This document shows, one piece after another, positions 41,886 to 60,207 of a DNA stretch of 64,000 nt (the first letter of the stretch is position 1; every line of letters begins with the position of its first letter). Source of the DNA: Paraspadella gotoi (taxonomy: Eukaryota > Animalia > Chaetognatha); contig CM119263.1 of NCBI GenBank assembly GCA_051294375.1, positions 16,160,532 to 16,224,531 of the forward strand, in the 5' to 3' direction. The notes beneath the pieces are model-generated. The model had not been told where the DNA came from. It was given only the letters and a program-made list of their open reading frames with translations, and made no database searches. The translations under genes were made by a program, and so were the position numbers.

Positions 41886-44800
41886 ATGCGCAACCTTAAA
41901 TTGCTGTGCCATCGGCATTGCGACTGTGCATTCGCCGTTGATGATGACGGTGAGACTTTCGTATCGATTGACTCAGAGACAAGTCGCGTCTTTGTCGCAC
42001 GAAAAAATTCCGTTGTCGCGATCGATGAGAGCGCGTTAAAGGTTTTGTGGAGATCGAAATACGAGAGAATCGATGATATCGTCGGAATTCATTGGTCGAT
42101 GGAGCACGATGCTGTTGTCGTCGCTACCATAGGTATTTTTTAGGAGAGGAGGTTTTTTTTCGGAAAATAGGAGAAAGATAACTTTCTTTGATTAGGCGGG
42201 GACTTGATGCTGATGAGGCTTCCTCCGTCATTTCCGACAATTGACGAGCATACAAGCCATCCCAAGTTGGAGGAGATAGATGAAGTTGGTGCCTTCTCAG
42301 GGGGGTGCCGCGCGATGGCTTTCAGTCCCGACGAGGAGCTGTTGGTGGTTCTGACAGGCGATTCCACTTTTGTTCTGGTCACCGTCGCCGACTTCGAACC
42401 TCTGATGGAAGAGAGCTACTCCGGCGATTCGAACGGGACTAATGCTTTTGTCGACGTTGGTTGGGGAAAAAAAGAGACACAGGTAAACCGGATGCGCATT
42501 GGCGATAAATCGAGGCTCATAAATTTTCTCCCACTAGTTCCACGGAAGCGAAGGGAAAGCGGCGGCGGTGCGAACCTCTTCTCCACCCGCGACTACGTCC
42601 TCATTTGATGATGGTCGTCCCCGCGTGGTGTGGCGCGGTGACGGCCAGCACTTCGCCGTTTCATTCTTGCAGCCGGCTGATGAAGCCATTGGCGTCCCAG
42701 CGCCTAAAAGAAAAATCCATATTTACTCCAGGTAAGTAATAAGTAATAAGAAGCTTGTAAGTGAAACAAAACTTTAGAGATTTTCAAATTAAAATTTCAT
42801 CTCCTAACTTTTGGCTGAAAGTTGAGCCAAAACGAATGATTGTCCTCTTATAATATTTTTGTGCGAATTTTATGAAATGAAGACCTTTAACCATTTAAAC
42901 ATTTTAAAACCTCGTTTCACCTTTTCTAGAGATGGTTCCTTGCATTCCACTTCAGAGGATATTGCTGGTTTGGAACACGCTCTTTGTTGGCGGCCCGCAG
43001 GTTTGTATTTTACATTTGCTATACAATATTTACTTAATTGTTAGCCAATTTGATGAGCGGTAATTTTTGTAGGATGGCTCAACTTGATGCGGCATAGATC
43101 GGCTTGAAGTTTGTTAGTGGTTCATAGACAGTTCTGATATAATGATTCATTACCTGCAACCCGTATTCGAGCAGCCATGAGCATCACCTTATATTTAGCA
43201 CTGATCAAGCGATTAAGAGCGGGCTTATTATAAAATGACTTAAAACAACTTAACGGCCTGGAAACGACTAATTACTCTTAAAAAACCCCGACACTGGCTA
43301 TTATAATAACGTGATCTGTATAAAAGGAAAGTGGTTAATATAAATTAATACGTAATGATAATCAATTAAAATTAATTAGAGTATAAACCAATGCTTTATT
43401 AAACAAGCCACAAATAGGAGACGTTGACAATTACATTGATTCTTCAAGAATTTGAGTCCAACAAATTTGTTCTGCTTCACAGGTAACCTTCTTGCTTCCA
43501 CTGTGCGTCGACCTAACAATCATGCGGTGACTTTTTTTGAACCCAACGGATTGCGTCACGGGGAATATTTTCTTCCGTTTCCGACTAACGGTGTCGTCGT
43601 CTCACACATGGCGTGGAACGCCAACTCTGATGTTTTTGCAGTTATATTCGACGATACCTCGGACTCCGACGCGTCAATCTCTCGTCGACGCCATCTTCAG
43701 TTGTGGACCTGTAGCAATTACCATTGGTATTTAAAGCAGTCCTTGTCGCTTGGTCCTCCAACTTGCGGTTCAGCGCTGCTTTGGGATGCTGTTGTGCCCT
43801 ATCGTCTTCACGTTGTCGATGGGATCGGCGTCTATCGAGAGTTTGAATGGTCTCTGGCTGTCGATCGGTGAGTTTTATTTAGATAAACTGTGTATTTCTA
43901 ATTATTGATTTTTTCTTATTATTCGTTAAGATCTACGACAGATTCTTCAGAAAGCGATGCTCAAGTTTCGGTGATCGACGGAATTTCGGTCAAAGTAACT
44001 CCTTTCCGCATTTTGAATGTTCCACCTCCGATGTTCGCCTACGAACTCAAGCATCCGATCTTTGTGAACTCCCTCTGCGCTTCTCCTCGTACTGCTAATG
44101 ACTTGGCCGCTCTGGGAGAAAATTTGAATCAAGACGTCGACGAGAACCGACGGTGGTCGTTGTTTCTTTATTCGGCGACCATTACAGCTGAGGACCCGGT
44201 CGAGGTTGGGTTTCATCGTAGAGCGACTCCGTTAAGCCTCCGCCGTCGAATTGAATTGACGATCGACGATTCCTATAATGCGCATCCCCAACACTTTACG
44301 TGGGTACAGGAAGAAATCTTCGTCCTTGTCATCGAGGGCTCATTGCTTTATAAAGCGGTACTGACGACAGAAGACTCGGTAACGGCGTCCCCACTAAAGT
44401 CATTTCATCCCTCGTTGGTGCGATCTTTGACTCCATCAAACAGTTCTGATTTCTTGTTCGTCCATTTGGACGACGGAAGAGTCGGAGAGCTTGATCTCGT
44501 TAGCGGCGTATTCAATGAGGTGATTCGTTGGCGATCCCCTTGCGAGACAGTATTGACAACCTCATTTCCCGATACTCCCGAGGCGATTGTAGGTCTCTCC
44601 TTCCGCGGCGACCTTTTCATAGACGATATAGAGATTTCTGACTCTGCCACTTCGATTGCTATTCATCGAGACTTTGTGCTTTACACAACTACTAAACACG
44701 AGTGCCTATCCCTGCGCCGATCTTCGTCTCTGTCCGATCTTCGTCGAGTCCTTTCTGACAGAGGTGGTAAGACTAGGGAAGACTGCCTGACGTCCTCAGG

Positions 44801-46811
44801 TTATGCCGTTGTTCGCCCTGTCGAGCGTGGATCTCAAATCGTGACCGTCATTCCTTCGGAGACTTCTCTCATTCTCGAAATGCCTCGCGGTAATTTGGAA
44901 ACTGTGCATCCCAAAGCTCTATTGCTGACGGCTGTGGAAAAGTTACTGAGAGCAGAAAAATACAGAGACGCAATCAAATTAATGCGTCGACATAGACTCA
45001 ATATGAACCTTTTGCACGATTTTGATCCGAAGGAATTTATGAATAAAATAAACATTTTTGTCGAACAAATTGCTGACGCGCATTTATTTAATTTGTTTTT
45101 GACGGATTTGGAGAATACAGACTATTGCTGCTCCTTATATAGAGATTTTTACTCTCAACGATCTCCGGCGACTTTCAAAAACAAAGTAAACGACATATGT
45201 GACAAAATGGTTTTTACCCTTTGCGCGTCGGATAAAGTCAAATTTATCACAAGTGTCTTGACTGCTTTGGTTAAAAAGTCACCACCAGAGACAGCAGCTG
45301 CTCTCGAAATGCTTCGTACATTGAGAGCAGCTGACGAAGAGTCAGCCTCGAAGGCTTTGAATTATCTTGTATGTCTCACCGATGTTAACGATTTATTTGA
45401 TGAGGCTTTAGGAACGTACGACTTGGAGACTGTTGTAATGGTCGCTGAAAAGAGTCAAAAAGATCCAAAAGAGTACTTACCGTTCCTAAATAAATTAAAT
45501 CGGCTTGAAATACAATTTAGAAATTACACTATTGATATGCACTTGAAACGCTGGGAAAAAGCATTGTTCAATATTCACTCTTGTGGGGACAAGTATTTTA
45601 AGTCCCACGCGCTTCCTCTTATTGAAGAGCATGTTCTGTATTCTCAAGGCCTTAGGTTGTTTGACCGAAAAAGCCCTTCCTACAAAACCATCTCAGCTAA
45701 GTTTGGCGATTTTTTAATAAAAAAACGGCGGTATGAAGAGGCGGGCGTGGTTCTCTCTCGCGTTGGTCTTTACGAAGAAGCCTTTTTGGCTTTCAAATTG
45801 ACCGGTGATTGGCGGCAGATGGTCTGCATGGCTGCTTATTTGAAAATGGGGCCCACCGATCTGGCTCGGGCTGCCCGAGAGATGGGGGATTTGTTTCGTA
45901 CGTCTGATCGACATTTAGAAGCGTCTGTGCTTTTCGAACAATATGCCGGAGATGTGGAAGAAGCCATCGTAATTTTAGTCGAAGGTCGGGAGTGGGATGA
46001 AGCTCTGCGACTTATGCACAAATACGGCAGGATCGACTTTATTGAGTCGCATCTAAAAGATTCCCTAGTGTCTTCTTCAGAAGAGTTGATGGCAGCCGTG
46101 GAGGCACTTCACGAGCAGTTTTCTCGTCATGCCGAAAGGCTCGTCCTTGTCAGGCGCGAAAAGAAAGGTCGGATTGAAGATGCGTCCTTGCTCATGGAGG
46201 AAGATAAGGATGGCGATCTCTACTCGGAGATCACGTCAGCTTCCGGCTTCAGCAGACAATCAGCCCAGTCCAACGCTTCTTCCTCGTTTTCCAAAATATC
46301 TGGAAAAACGAACAAAGCAAAACGAAAGCAGGAAAAAAAACTGGACAGCCTTAAGGAGGGGGGAGCTTTCGAACACGTTGCTCTGGTAAAGGCGCTTTAC
46401 ACAATTTTCGACAACGTGAACAAGTTGAAGCCTGAAGTTAGCAGACTCATCAAAGTTTTAATGCAATTTCATTTTGAAGACGAGAGCGTTCGACTCGCCG
46501 ATGCAATGGGAAAGTTAGAGGAAGAACAACGGTTACATGTAGACGACATTTGGCCTTCAACGGCACAGGATGTCGTTGATGGCACCGATTATAGCATAAT
46601 GAGTATAGGACCATCCACCACGGCAAATAGCATCGCGGCCTCATTCTCCCTACGAGACGATCGCGTCGACGAGTACGACTTTCATTTGTTGGCGCCACAC
46701 ATGCGCCATCCTCCTGTTGGATCAGTAGCGAGTAGAGGAGAGTTTAGGTTGGACATCGTAGCGTCCGCGAGTGAGGCCATCGTTCATCGATCAGCCAAGG
46801 CCGAGCAATGA
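41886..46811 (+). CDS. ELP1: Elongator complex protein 1 (IKBKAP/IKI3), 6 exons, ~1354 aa
   Basis: Exons 41886-42132, 42196-42482, 42538-42731, 42930-43000, 43483-43867, 43931-46811 (4065 nt, in frame). Motifs MRNLKL, FSPDEEL, VGWGKKETQFHGSEGK, WRGDG, FFEPNGLRHGE, NYHWYLKQ, VPPPM, VERGS, MPRGNLET, SQKDPKEYLPFL and a basic/Ser-rich C-terminus. Confidence 0.96.
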
Positions 46812-46960
46812 CTTATTTGTATGGCAGCTTTCGCCTTTAGTTTGAATGTTGTCAGCAATAGCGGAAAGTCATGTGACTGTCAAACGATGCTGGCTCGTAA
46901 AAATTTATCTGTGATAATTTTTTTGACTTTTAGCATCTTAAATTAACAAATTAAAACAAA

Positions 46961-52132
<5,172 letters not shown>

Positions 52133-52902
52133 GGACTGATTTGGTTTAATTTTTATAAAGATTGTTGGATCTTTTAGAATCTCCTAAAAAAGCAACACGG
52201 ATTTTTTATAAAAAATTTTCACAATCTTGGCGTTTAACTTATGCTCATTTTGATGACTGAAAAATTGTGTATAGTATTATCGAATTACTGAAGCTCAAAA
52301 ATCATTATCGAAATTACCCCTACGCTAGTATTTCTTATGTCACAATAGGTTTTTGTGCTACATCGCTCAGCTGGCTTCTCCAATTCTCAGTCTAGAGCCT
52401 ACTCGAATTAAGCCATTTTATTCTAATAATTGTTGATTAATGATTATTCAGGAGAAACTCGTAGTTTTTATTATATTATTTGTACCAAATATGGCTTTAC
52501 CTTACAACGCTGTGGTATCATTCTGGTCAATTATCATTTTTAGTGTTTCTAGTCTTTATTGTTACCTGTGGAAAAATAATATTTTCGAGATTATTAGATT
52601 TTTATTATTTTCAAATCCTTTTTACTAATTTGTGCATCCTGAAAGTCGAAATTAATTCGTAAAATTTAGCAAAATAAATATCCTAACACAGTATTTATAT
52701 AGTTTTTTTGCATCTATTTAAAAAAATTTGAGGAAAAAAAATTATTAAAATTAAATACTTTAGAAAATATTTTTGTGCGTCTGATATTCAGTGGTATACT
52801 TTGGGATTTAATCGGTCTTTTTTGGTGCTCAAATCAAAGACATTTTATCCACAACAGGAAATTATTAAATCAAAAAGTATATTTTTAAGACGCTAAAACG
52901 CA

Positions 52903-54235
52903 ATGGCGGAATCCACGATGTCAGCCGGGGGAAACGATGTTCTTACGGATCAAAAAGGTGTAGATGCAATTCTAGACTCGGTCCAAGACGTCGTAAATGC
53001 GACCGTGAAACCGGTGAGACGGTCGTTTATTTCTTATTTTTATCGGCAAGAATCGGCAAGAATGCGCTTTATCGTAGGTCTCGACGCCCGAAGGCATGGC
53101 CATCGCCTACGGCAGCCTCGTCGTCATGGCTCTGATCCCGATCTTCCTCGGCTCATTCCGGTCGGTGAAGCATCAAGACGACCAGAAGGCGGCCGGAGAG
53201 CTTGTCGAATCGATGAGCTCCAAGGACGCCGCCATGTTCCCTTTGATCGCCTCCTGTGCCCTCTTCGGCCTCTACGTTTTTTTCAAGATTTTCTCCAAGG
53301 AACACATCAACCTACTTTTGACTGTTTATTTCTTTTTTCTCGGCGTTTTCGCTCTGGCGCATATTCTCAGCCCGCTCGTCTGCAAACTGGTACCGGTAGG
53401 CTTTCCCAACGCCAACTACAAGCTTCTATTCTACAAGAATCCTCGTCCAAAGACGACAGTTCCAGTACCGGCGCTTTCGACGGCCGGCCCCGCTGCCGAC
53501 GCTTCGGCGGCGCCCGCCACGGCTGCAGAGAATCCTGCGGACAAAGCGGAGGAAGAAGAGGAACTCTTGAACTATGAGTTCGATCGACGCGACGTGGTCT
53601 GTCTTTTGCTCTGCATGGGGGTCGGATTTTGGTACTTTCTTAAAAAGCACTGGATAGCCAACAACCTGTTCGGTCTTGCTTTCGCCGTCAACGGCGTCGA
53701 GCTGTTGCAACTCCCTAAGATCTCCACGGGCTGCATTCTCCTTGGTGGCCTTTTTTTCTACGACATCTTTTGGGTTTTTGGCACTGATGTTATGGTGACT
53801 GTTGCCAAGTCCTTTGAGGCCCCCATCAAGCTCGTCTTTCCTCAGGACCTGCTGGAGAAGGGTCCGCTGGCGGCGGACAACTTCGCTATGCTGGGCCTCG
53901 GCGACATTGTCATCCCGGGAATCTTCATCGCCCTACTGTTGCGTTTCGACGAAAGCCGGACGAAGACGGGCGCCGCCAGTAGACGGGTCTATTTTTACAC
54001 GGGATTTATTGCTTACCTATCCGGACTATTGCTTACCATTTTCGTCATGCATGCGTACAAGCATGCTCAGCCGGCGCTCTTATACCTAGTTCCAGCCTGC
54101 GTTGGGGCGCCGGTTTTGATGGCGCTGGTCAGGGGGGAACTATCAGCTCTTTTTAATTACGACGACGGCGCCGGAAAGGGGGAAACGGAGGGAGGGGAAG
54201 CGGAGGAGGGTAAGGAAGAGAAGAAGAGGCAATGA
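52903..54235 (+). CDS. HM13: Signal peptide peptidase (minor histocompatibility antigen H13), 2 exons, ~422 aa
   Basis: Exons 52903-53013 and 53078-54235 join as ...VKP-VSTPEGMAIAYGSL. Catalytic YD (FFYDIFWVF) and LGLGD, QPALLY motif, multiple hydrophobic helices, C-terminal KKRQ (KKxx ER retrieval). Confidence 0.95.
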
Positions 54236-55694
54236 AGGATTTAAGAACCTGGGAAGGGAGGTGGACGCTCGATATAGAATAGCGGGAAATTCGACAAAGG
54301 CTAAGGTGGATGACAAAACTCGGTTCATTAACATTTTTTGGGTGGTGGTTTTTAAATTTTTTAAAGAAGAGATTACTCTCATATGAATCTTTGTTGATAC
54401 TTAATCACAATCACTGTCCTTCCATTTCTTGTGATTTTTTTTTTCCGCCAGTTTTCTGTTTCTTCGCTGTTATGATTTTAGTGTAAATTATTTTATACCC
54501 AGCTAGTCGATTCAAAAGCTTTCTGTTTAGATCTGATTTATCATAATCTTTTCTGTGATCATTTTTTAGATGCGAGCATGCATCTTTAGTACCTAACTTT
54601 TTTTAGTCGGTCGGTTTCTTTTCGGGCAGTTAATTTAAGAAGATATATGAATAAGTGGCCGCATTTTTGGATAATCTTTTACCTCATTGTATAACTTGTT
54701 ATAAATCAAAAACTTTATTAAAACGTGGCCGTTTACTCATGTATAATTTCGTTTTACATTCCAACTAATATTACAATATTAAATGGTAAGAATATTTGGC
54801 ACTTTCGTGTATTTTTTAAATTTGTGACATTGAGCGGATAACTCGAGATATCATTGAGTGGATAAGTCGGATAACTCTTGGAATTTTATTAAAATATAAC
54901 ATTTTTAACCGGTTTTTGTAAAATCTTAATTTTTTACTTCCAGTCAAGAAACTACGTTCGTTTATCTTCGACGCAGCGACGCGGCCCCCCAGTCCACGCT
55001 GACGAAGAGTTGAAGCCACCCCAGAGTCAGACATCAGCCGACTCGAGAGACTTCAACGCATTAGCCTCCCGCCCTGAGAAACCCTCTTCGTACTCCGGAC
55101 CAGCATTTCTCAGAAAAAGAGGACGTCGGTCTCTTTCTTTCTTTCGCTCCACGTTCGGTTCCAACACGCACGAAGAGAGACCGAACGATCATCTTTCGAA
55201 AAGAGAGAGGGTTTCATCACCATCCCGAATTAGCGGTCACTCCAGACTCGAGGCTTTTAATCTTCGCAGCATCCAAAAGCAAAACTCGCCATTTTATTCA
55301 AGGAAGAATATACATTTCCATCTTCGTATATTTTCCTCAACCGTTTCCCGAACCCGCCCTTATCTATTTTTAATTTACCATTACCTGATCTGTGACAACA
55401 TTTGATCCATCCATAACCTTGGCAACATCGAAAACGAAGTTTCCTCAGCCCTCTGTCCCACCCTCAAAAAAAAGAGAAACTTAAAAATCATCCCATCTTT
55501 AAAATAAAGATCCTGAATAAAATACTCGGCGGGGAATTCCTTTTTCAATCGAGTACAATTTTTTCAAAAAAAAATTTTCGCAAGCTTCCATTTGAAAATA
55601 AAAAAAATAACAACCCCTACAAAAAAACGTTAAAAACAACAAATATTACCAACAAAACAAAAATCTTACCTTTTATACCAACACCACGACCCTG

Positions 55695-57516
55695 ATGCGT
55701 ATCATGGGGGATTCGGATAAAAACGACATGGTGGTCGTCGTAGGAACCAATGGCGAGGTGGACGGGCCGGAAGGGGGCGTCAAGGCGGTCAACAAACGCA
55801 TCATTGCCCAGAAAGTCACGGGAACCGTGAAATGGTTCAACGTAAAATCCGGTTAGTTGTAATTATAACGCGTCATGTCGAAATTCGTCTTTGTAAACAT
55901 AGCCATTAGCCAATCATTGCCATGCTTTTCGTCTCTGCACCCTTTTTCAGGTTACGGCTTCATCAATAGAGACGATACCAAGGAAGACATCTTTGTTCAT
56001 CAAACTGCGATCATTAAGAACAACCCGAAGAAGTATCTCCGCAGTGTCGGAGATGGCGAGATCGTTGAATTCGATGTGGTGGAAGGAGAAAAGCAAGGTA
56101 GGAGCGTTTAGTGACTGCCAATCACTGAATATTTTGCAACATAAATTTTCTACTATTACTTTCAAATGCCCTCCCCTTTTTCCCCGATTTTGCAGGGAAC
56201 GAGGCGGCCAACGTGACTGGTCCTGGCGGGGCGCCCGTACAGGGAAGCAAGTACGCTGCGGAGCGTCGGCGGTACCGCGGAAAAAAGAAGGATGGCGAGT
56301 CGGGTGGGGGCGATTCCGAGGGCGACGATGAAGGGGACGAGGAAGCGGAGATGGAGGCGCACGAATATCGCCAGAGAGGAAGAGGTCGAGGCAGAGGAAC
56401 CTTTCAACGGGGCGGCAGGTATAGTGATTCTTAGGTTCATTATGTACAGAAGGCTTCATATTATTAAATAAGGTACCCGTTTTTTATCTCGTCAGACGGG
56501 CGTGATAATCGTTTAGAATTGCTTCTTTGTGCCGTCGTCGTCACGCTTGTTTCATATTGATACCCGTATTTGTTTGTTTTATTTACAAAACATTTTTTAT
56601 ATAAAAACTACTACGAATTACAATTACTTTTTAATTATATGTCGCGCTCTCTCTTTTTTTTCCGTCGCTGCCTCTTCTGATTCGTCTAAAAAGGAGTTCA
56701 GCTCTGCAGCGGCTGTTCAGCGGCTTTTTCTCTTCTTTCTCTTTCTCTTTCTCTCTCTCGCTTATACACGCATTTGTTTTATTTATGATAAATGACTATC
56801 ATCGGCATAATCGCATCAAAGAATGACTATCATTGCATCAATGTATGATTATCATCGTATCAATGAATGACTATAATCGTATCAATGAATGATTATCATC
56901 GCATCAATCATTTGGTTATTATCACATCAATTATTGGTTGTCATTGCATCAATCATTTGGTTGTCATTGCATCAATCATTTGGTTATCATTGCATCAATC
57001 ATTTGGTTATCATTGCATAAATAATTGGTTATTATCGTATCAAAAATCAATTATTATTACATCAATCAATTACAATTACATCAATCAATTATTATTATTA
57101 CTTCAATCAATAACATCAATCAATTGCCATTACCTCAATCAATTGCTATTACCAATCTATTATCAATCAGTTATAAACATATATTGGACATATGGGACAT
57201 ATGGACATATAAACATAAAATCACATATCTCGGCTCAGGGGGCAAATATTGAAATTCGCCTCGATAGTTCTATTTGTATTCACGTAGGGATCATTCATAC
57301 CAAATTTCAGTGAATTTGGTCCAGTATTTACTCGGAACGTGTTCTGGTCACAAAAAAATGGGTACCTCATTTTATAATATGAAGCCTTCTGTATGTTATA
57401 TGATATTTTAATGTATAAGGAAAAAGTTTAAATTGTGTTGCAGCAACGAATTTATTTATTTATAAACGGGCATGTTTCGATTCGGTTTACGAACTATTTG
57501 TACATTGTATAATGTA

Positions 57517-57551
<35 letters not shown>

Positions 57552-58937
57552 ACCATTTCACTTTACCTTCACAAAAATTCAACATCTCTGTCCCTGATTT
57601 AACCTGTCCTCACATATTTGACCACTGTCTTTTCTCAACTCTGTTTTGGAAAACTTTGTCCTCTCTTTCCCTTCTTTATGCAGCAAAAAATTCAATATTT
57701 CACAACTGTTTCTAATTGCGCTGATGAAGGTTCGTAAACCGAACCGAAACATGTCCGTTTATAAATAAATAAATTCGTTGCTGCATCACAATTTAAACTT
57801 TTTCCTTATGTCCCAAACGCAACGAAAAAGAAAGGAAATTATAACGATATTTTATTGCTAAAACTGCGAAAAATGACAAAAACGGTTTATCATACTACTA
57901 CTACTTATCTACTACAGAGTTAAAAAGTTAAGAATTTTCCCCTTTTTTTCTAATTTTGACATAGACAAAAAAATTTGTGATAACATTTTATATTTTTGGT
58001 CTAACTTTTTATGAGAAATCTGAATCAAAATTATTATTATCTGAAACAATATTAACAAAATACTTTTTGTATTCAACAATCATACTATCTCGCATAAAAT
58101 TATTATTATTGACTCAAATCAAATTTTTGTTTTCAAGTGCTCCACTCTAATGGGTGATTCGGTACAAAAAGGTTTTAAGATTTTTTTATAATTCGAATTT
58201 GTTTTTTAAACATCATTCACAGAGGCGGAGGCTTTCGTGGCCGCGGCGCCGTGCGAGGCCGTGGCGGATTTCGCGGCGGCGGTGGCGGCGGCGGCGGCGT
58301 CCGGGGCGGACGAGGGTTCCGTGGAGGACCCAGAGGAGGCCGCGGCGGTAGAGGGGGCGGAGGAGGCGGCTACTCGAACCGGCCGCAGTCCGCAGGAAGG
58401 TCCTACTCTCGGGAGGATGACCATGTGGAGCACGATGACCGCGTCGACGGCTTGGATGACGGAGATCGCGGTTACCAACGTCGCGGTGGCTACCGTGGCG
58501 GTGGCGGAGGTGGCGGTTTCAGAGGCGGTCGGGGTCGTGGAGGTGGTCGAGACGATGAGGGAGAAGACGGAGGCCGTGGCGGATTCCGCGGGGGCAGGGG
58601 CGGCGGCTTAAACAAGATGCGGGGCGGCGGTGGGCGCGATAGGGACGAAGACGGAGGCGACGGCGGGTTTATTCCCCGCGGACGCGGCCGCGGCAGAGGA
58701 TTTCAAAGCCGCGGCAGAGGTGACGGAGGCGGCGGTGGATTCGGAGGCAGAGGAGGAGGCTCAATGGGAGGAAGAGGCGGACGCGGAGGTTTCGGGGGCG
58801 GCCGCGGGGGTGGCGGCGGAGGTGGCTTTAGAGGAGGTTCACGAGGTGGAGATCGCGGGGGTGGCTTCAGGGGCGGACGCGGCAGAGGTGGCGGCCGCGG
58901 CGGATACCGTGGGGGCTACGAGCAACAAAGCGAATAA
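55695..58937 (+). CDS. YBX1: Y-box binding (cold-shock domain) protein with RGG-rich C-terminus, 4 exons, ~413 aa
   Basis: Exons 55695-55851, 55951-56097, 56196-56418, 58223-58937. Cold-shock domain [60 protein letters not shown], then [20 protein letters not shown]. The symbol marks the family; vertebrate paralogue identity does not apply. Start could be the ATG at 55704. Confidence 0.93.
56447..57391. mobile_element. Tc1/mariner-type MITE in the Y-box gene intron, containing a minisatellite block
   Basis: ~40-bp TIRs CAGAAGGCTTCATATTATwAAATrAGGTACCCrTTTTTT with TA on both sides (56445-56446, 57392-57393). Confidence 0.8.
56790..57170 (+). repeat. Minisatellite family, copy 2
   Basis: Same units; upstream 56655-56720 is homologous to 63263-63327. 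Confidence 0.85.
57415..57809 (+). mobile_element. Penelope-like element remnant with 80-bp inverted arms in the last Y-box gene intron
   Basis: Arms 57415-57494 and 57730-57809. Interior (ttgtacattgt, (CT)n, acctgtcctcaca, tgaccactgtc) is homologous to 50387-50560. Confidence 0.8.
57721..57755 (+). ncRNA. Minimal type I hammerhead ribozyme motif, intact core
   Basis: gcg-CUGAUGA-a-gguucg-uaaac-cgaacc-GAAA-cau-GUC-cgu. Confidence 0.8.
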
Positions 58938-60056
58938 AGAGGCCGTCCTGGCTAAAATTGGCCACGAAACACGACGGCAAACACGACGTTGTGGCTCGTT
59001 TCCGCAAGATTTAAGAAAACGATCACACAATTACTTTCTCTTTCACCTTCTTATAACAACTTACATGTACTATTTCGTAGTATCCTTTTTTTCATACAGC
59101 AAAGGATACTTGAGTATATTTTTCTTTCTAATCGCAAATTTTTTGATCAGCTCCACACCTTACCATTCACTTATATCGATATTGCTTACTAATGATGCGA
59201 AACTCTCACCACGAAATCATGATTGTAACTTTCTTTCCGTCACGAATAAAGCCCCGACACTTTACACATGGGAAAGATAGTTTTGTGATTCGACCGAAAT
59301 CAGAATTCTTATCCTTATAAAATAAATCATCGTGTAAATGAAATGAGATCCTAGCGTCATTTGCCTGATAAAAAAAACAAATAATTTATTGTAGACCATC
59401 ATTGTGGAATTTGATTTCGGCAGTAATAAGCTAGAGATTATTAGACTTAAATCTCCTGTCATCGACAGGCTAAAGGGCAATGGTACATTGGCTTGATTTT
59501 TCGTAAAAATATTCGCCGTTTGTTGACGTATTATCCACTAATGATACAGAAAAATAAAAACCAAGACAAGCGGCGTTGTAGATCTCAACTACGTAATATG
59601 ATACCCGTTAGATGTAAATTTCTCGTCGCAGATTTCAGTAGTGGTTCCAGCTTAGGAACTAGAGTTCTTGGGCTATGACACGATTGAAAATGCTAAGTTT
59701 CTCCAACCATGACCTCGTATAAAAAATAAGTCTACTTATACGACTCCCATTTAGTTTTATGAGACGAAGCGCATTAAGTTTTTCCCATTTTTTTTAGCAT
59801 TTTTTTTTTAAAGGAAGAGTCTCGATCAATTATGGTTTATAGTTCACTACACAATTTTTTCCATGGTATACATATTCATCTTATGGTCGATATATTTATA
59901 TGCTTCCATACCATGTTACATTGATATTTTGACTTAATTCGTCTTACCGCCGCTCGTCGAATTCCATTAATTTAATCAACATTTATTATCGATACACGTA
60001 GTCCTGCGTTTGCTCGAAATTTGTAACAGTAATACCAATATGTTAGTTACAATAAT

Positions 60057-60207
60057 AAAGCTTAGAATGAGAGTCGACTAATGACAACTTTCCATCGAGT
60101 TAAATGCTTGCCGTCTTGGCTAGTAAACTCCCACAGTACGATCTCACAAAGAATCACGAGAATTAGAAAGAAAAAAAAAAGAATGTCCGACTCTTACTCT
60201 AAGCTTT
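60057..60207. mobile_element. Small MITE-like inverted repeat
   Basis: 20-bp arms AAAGCTTAGAATGAGAGTCG and CGACTCTTACTCTAAGCTTT (18/20 complementary). Confidence 0.5.

Noticed and set aside
43947-46698. Antisense and alternate-frame ORFs inside ELP1 (and similar ones in HM13, the Y-box gene and KDM2)
   Set aside because: Shadow ORFs of real coding exons.
52903-53577. 224-aa ORF overlapping HM13
   Set aside because: It is HM13 exon 1 read through a 64-nt intron into the wrong frame.
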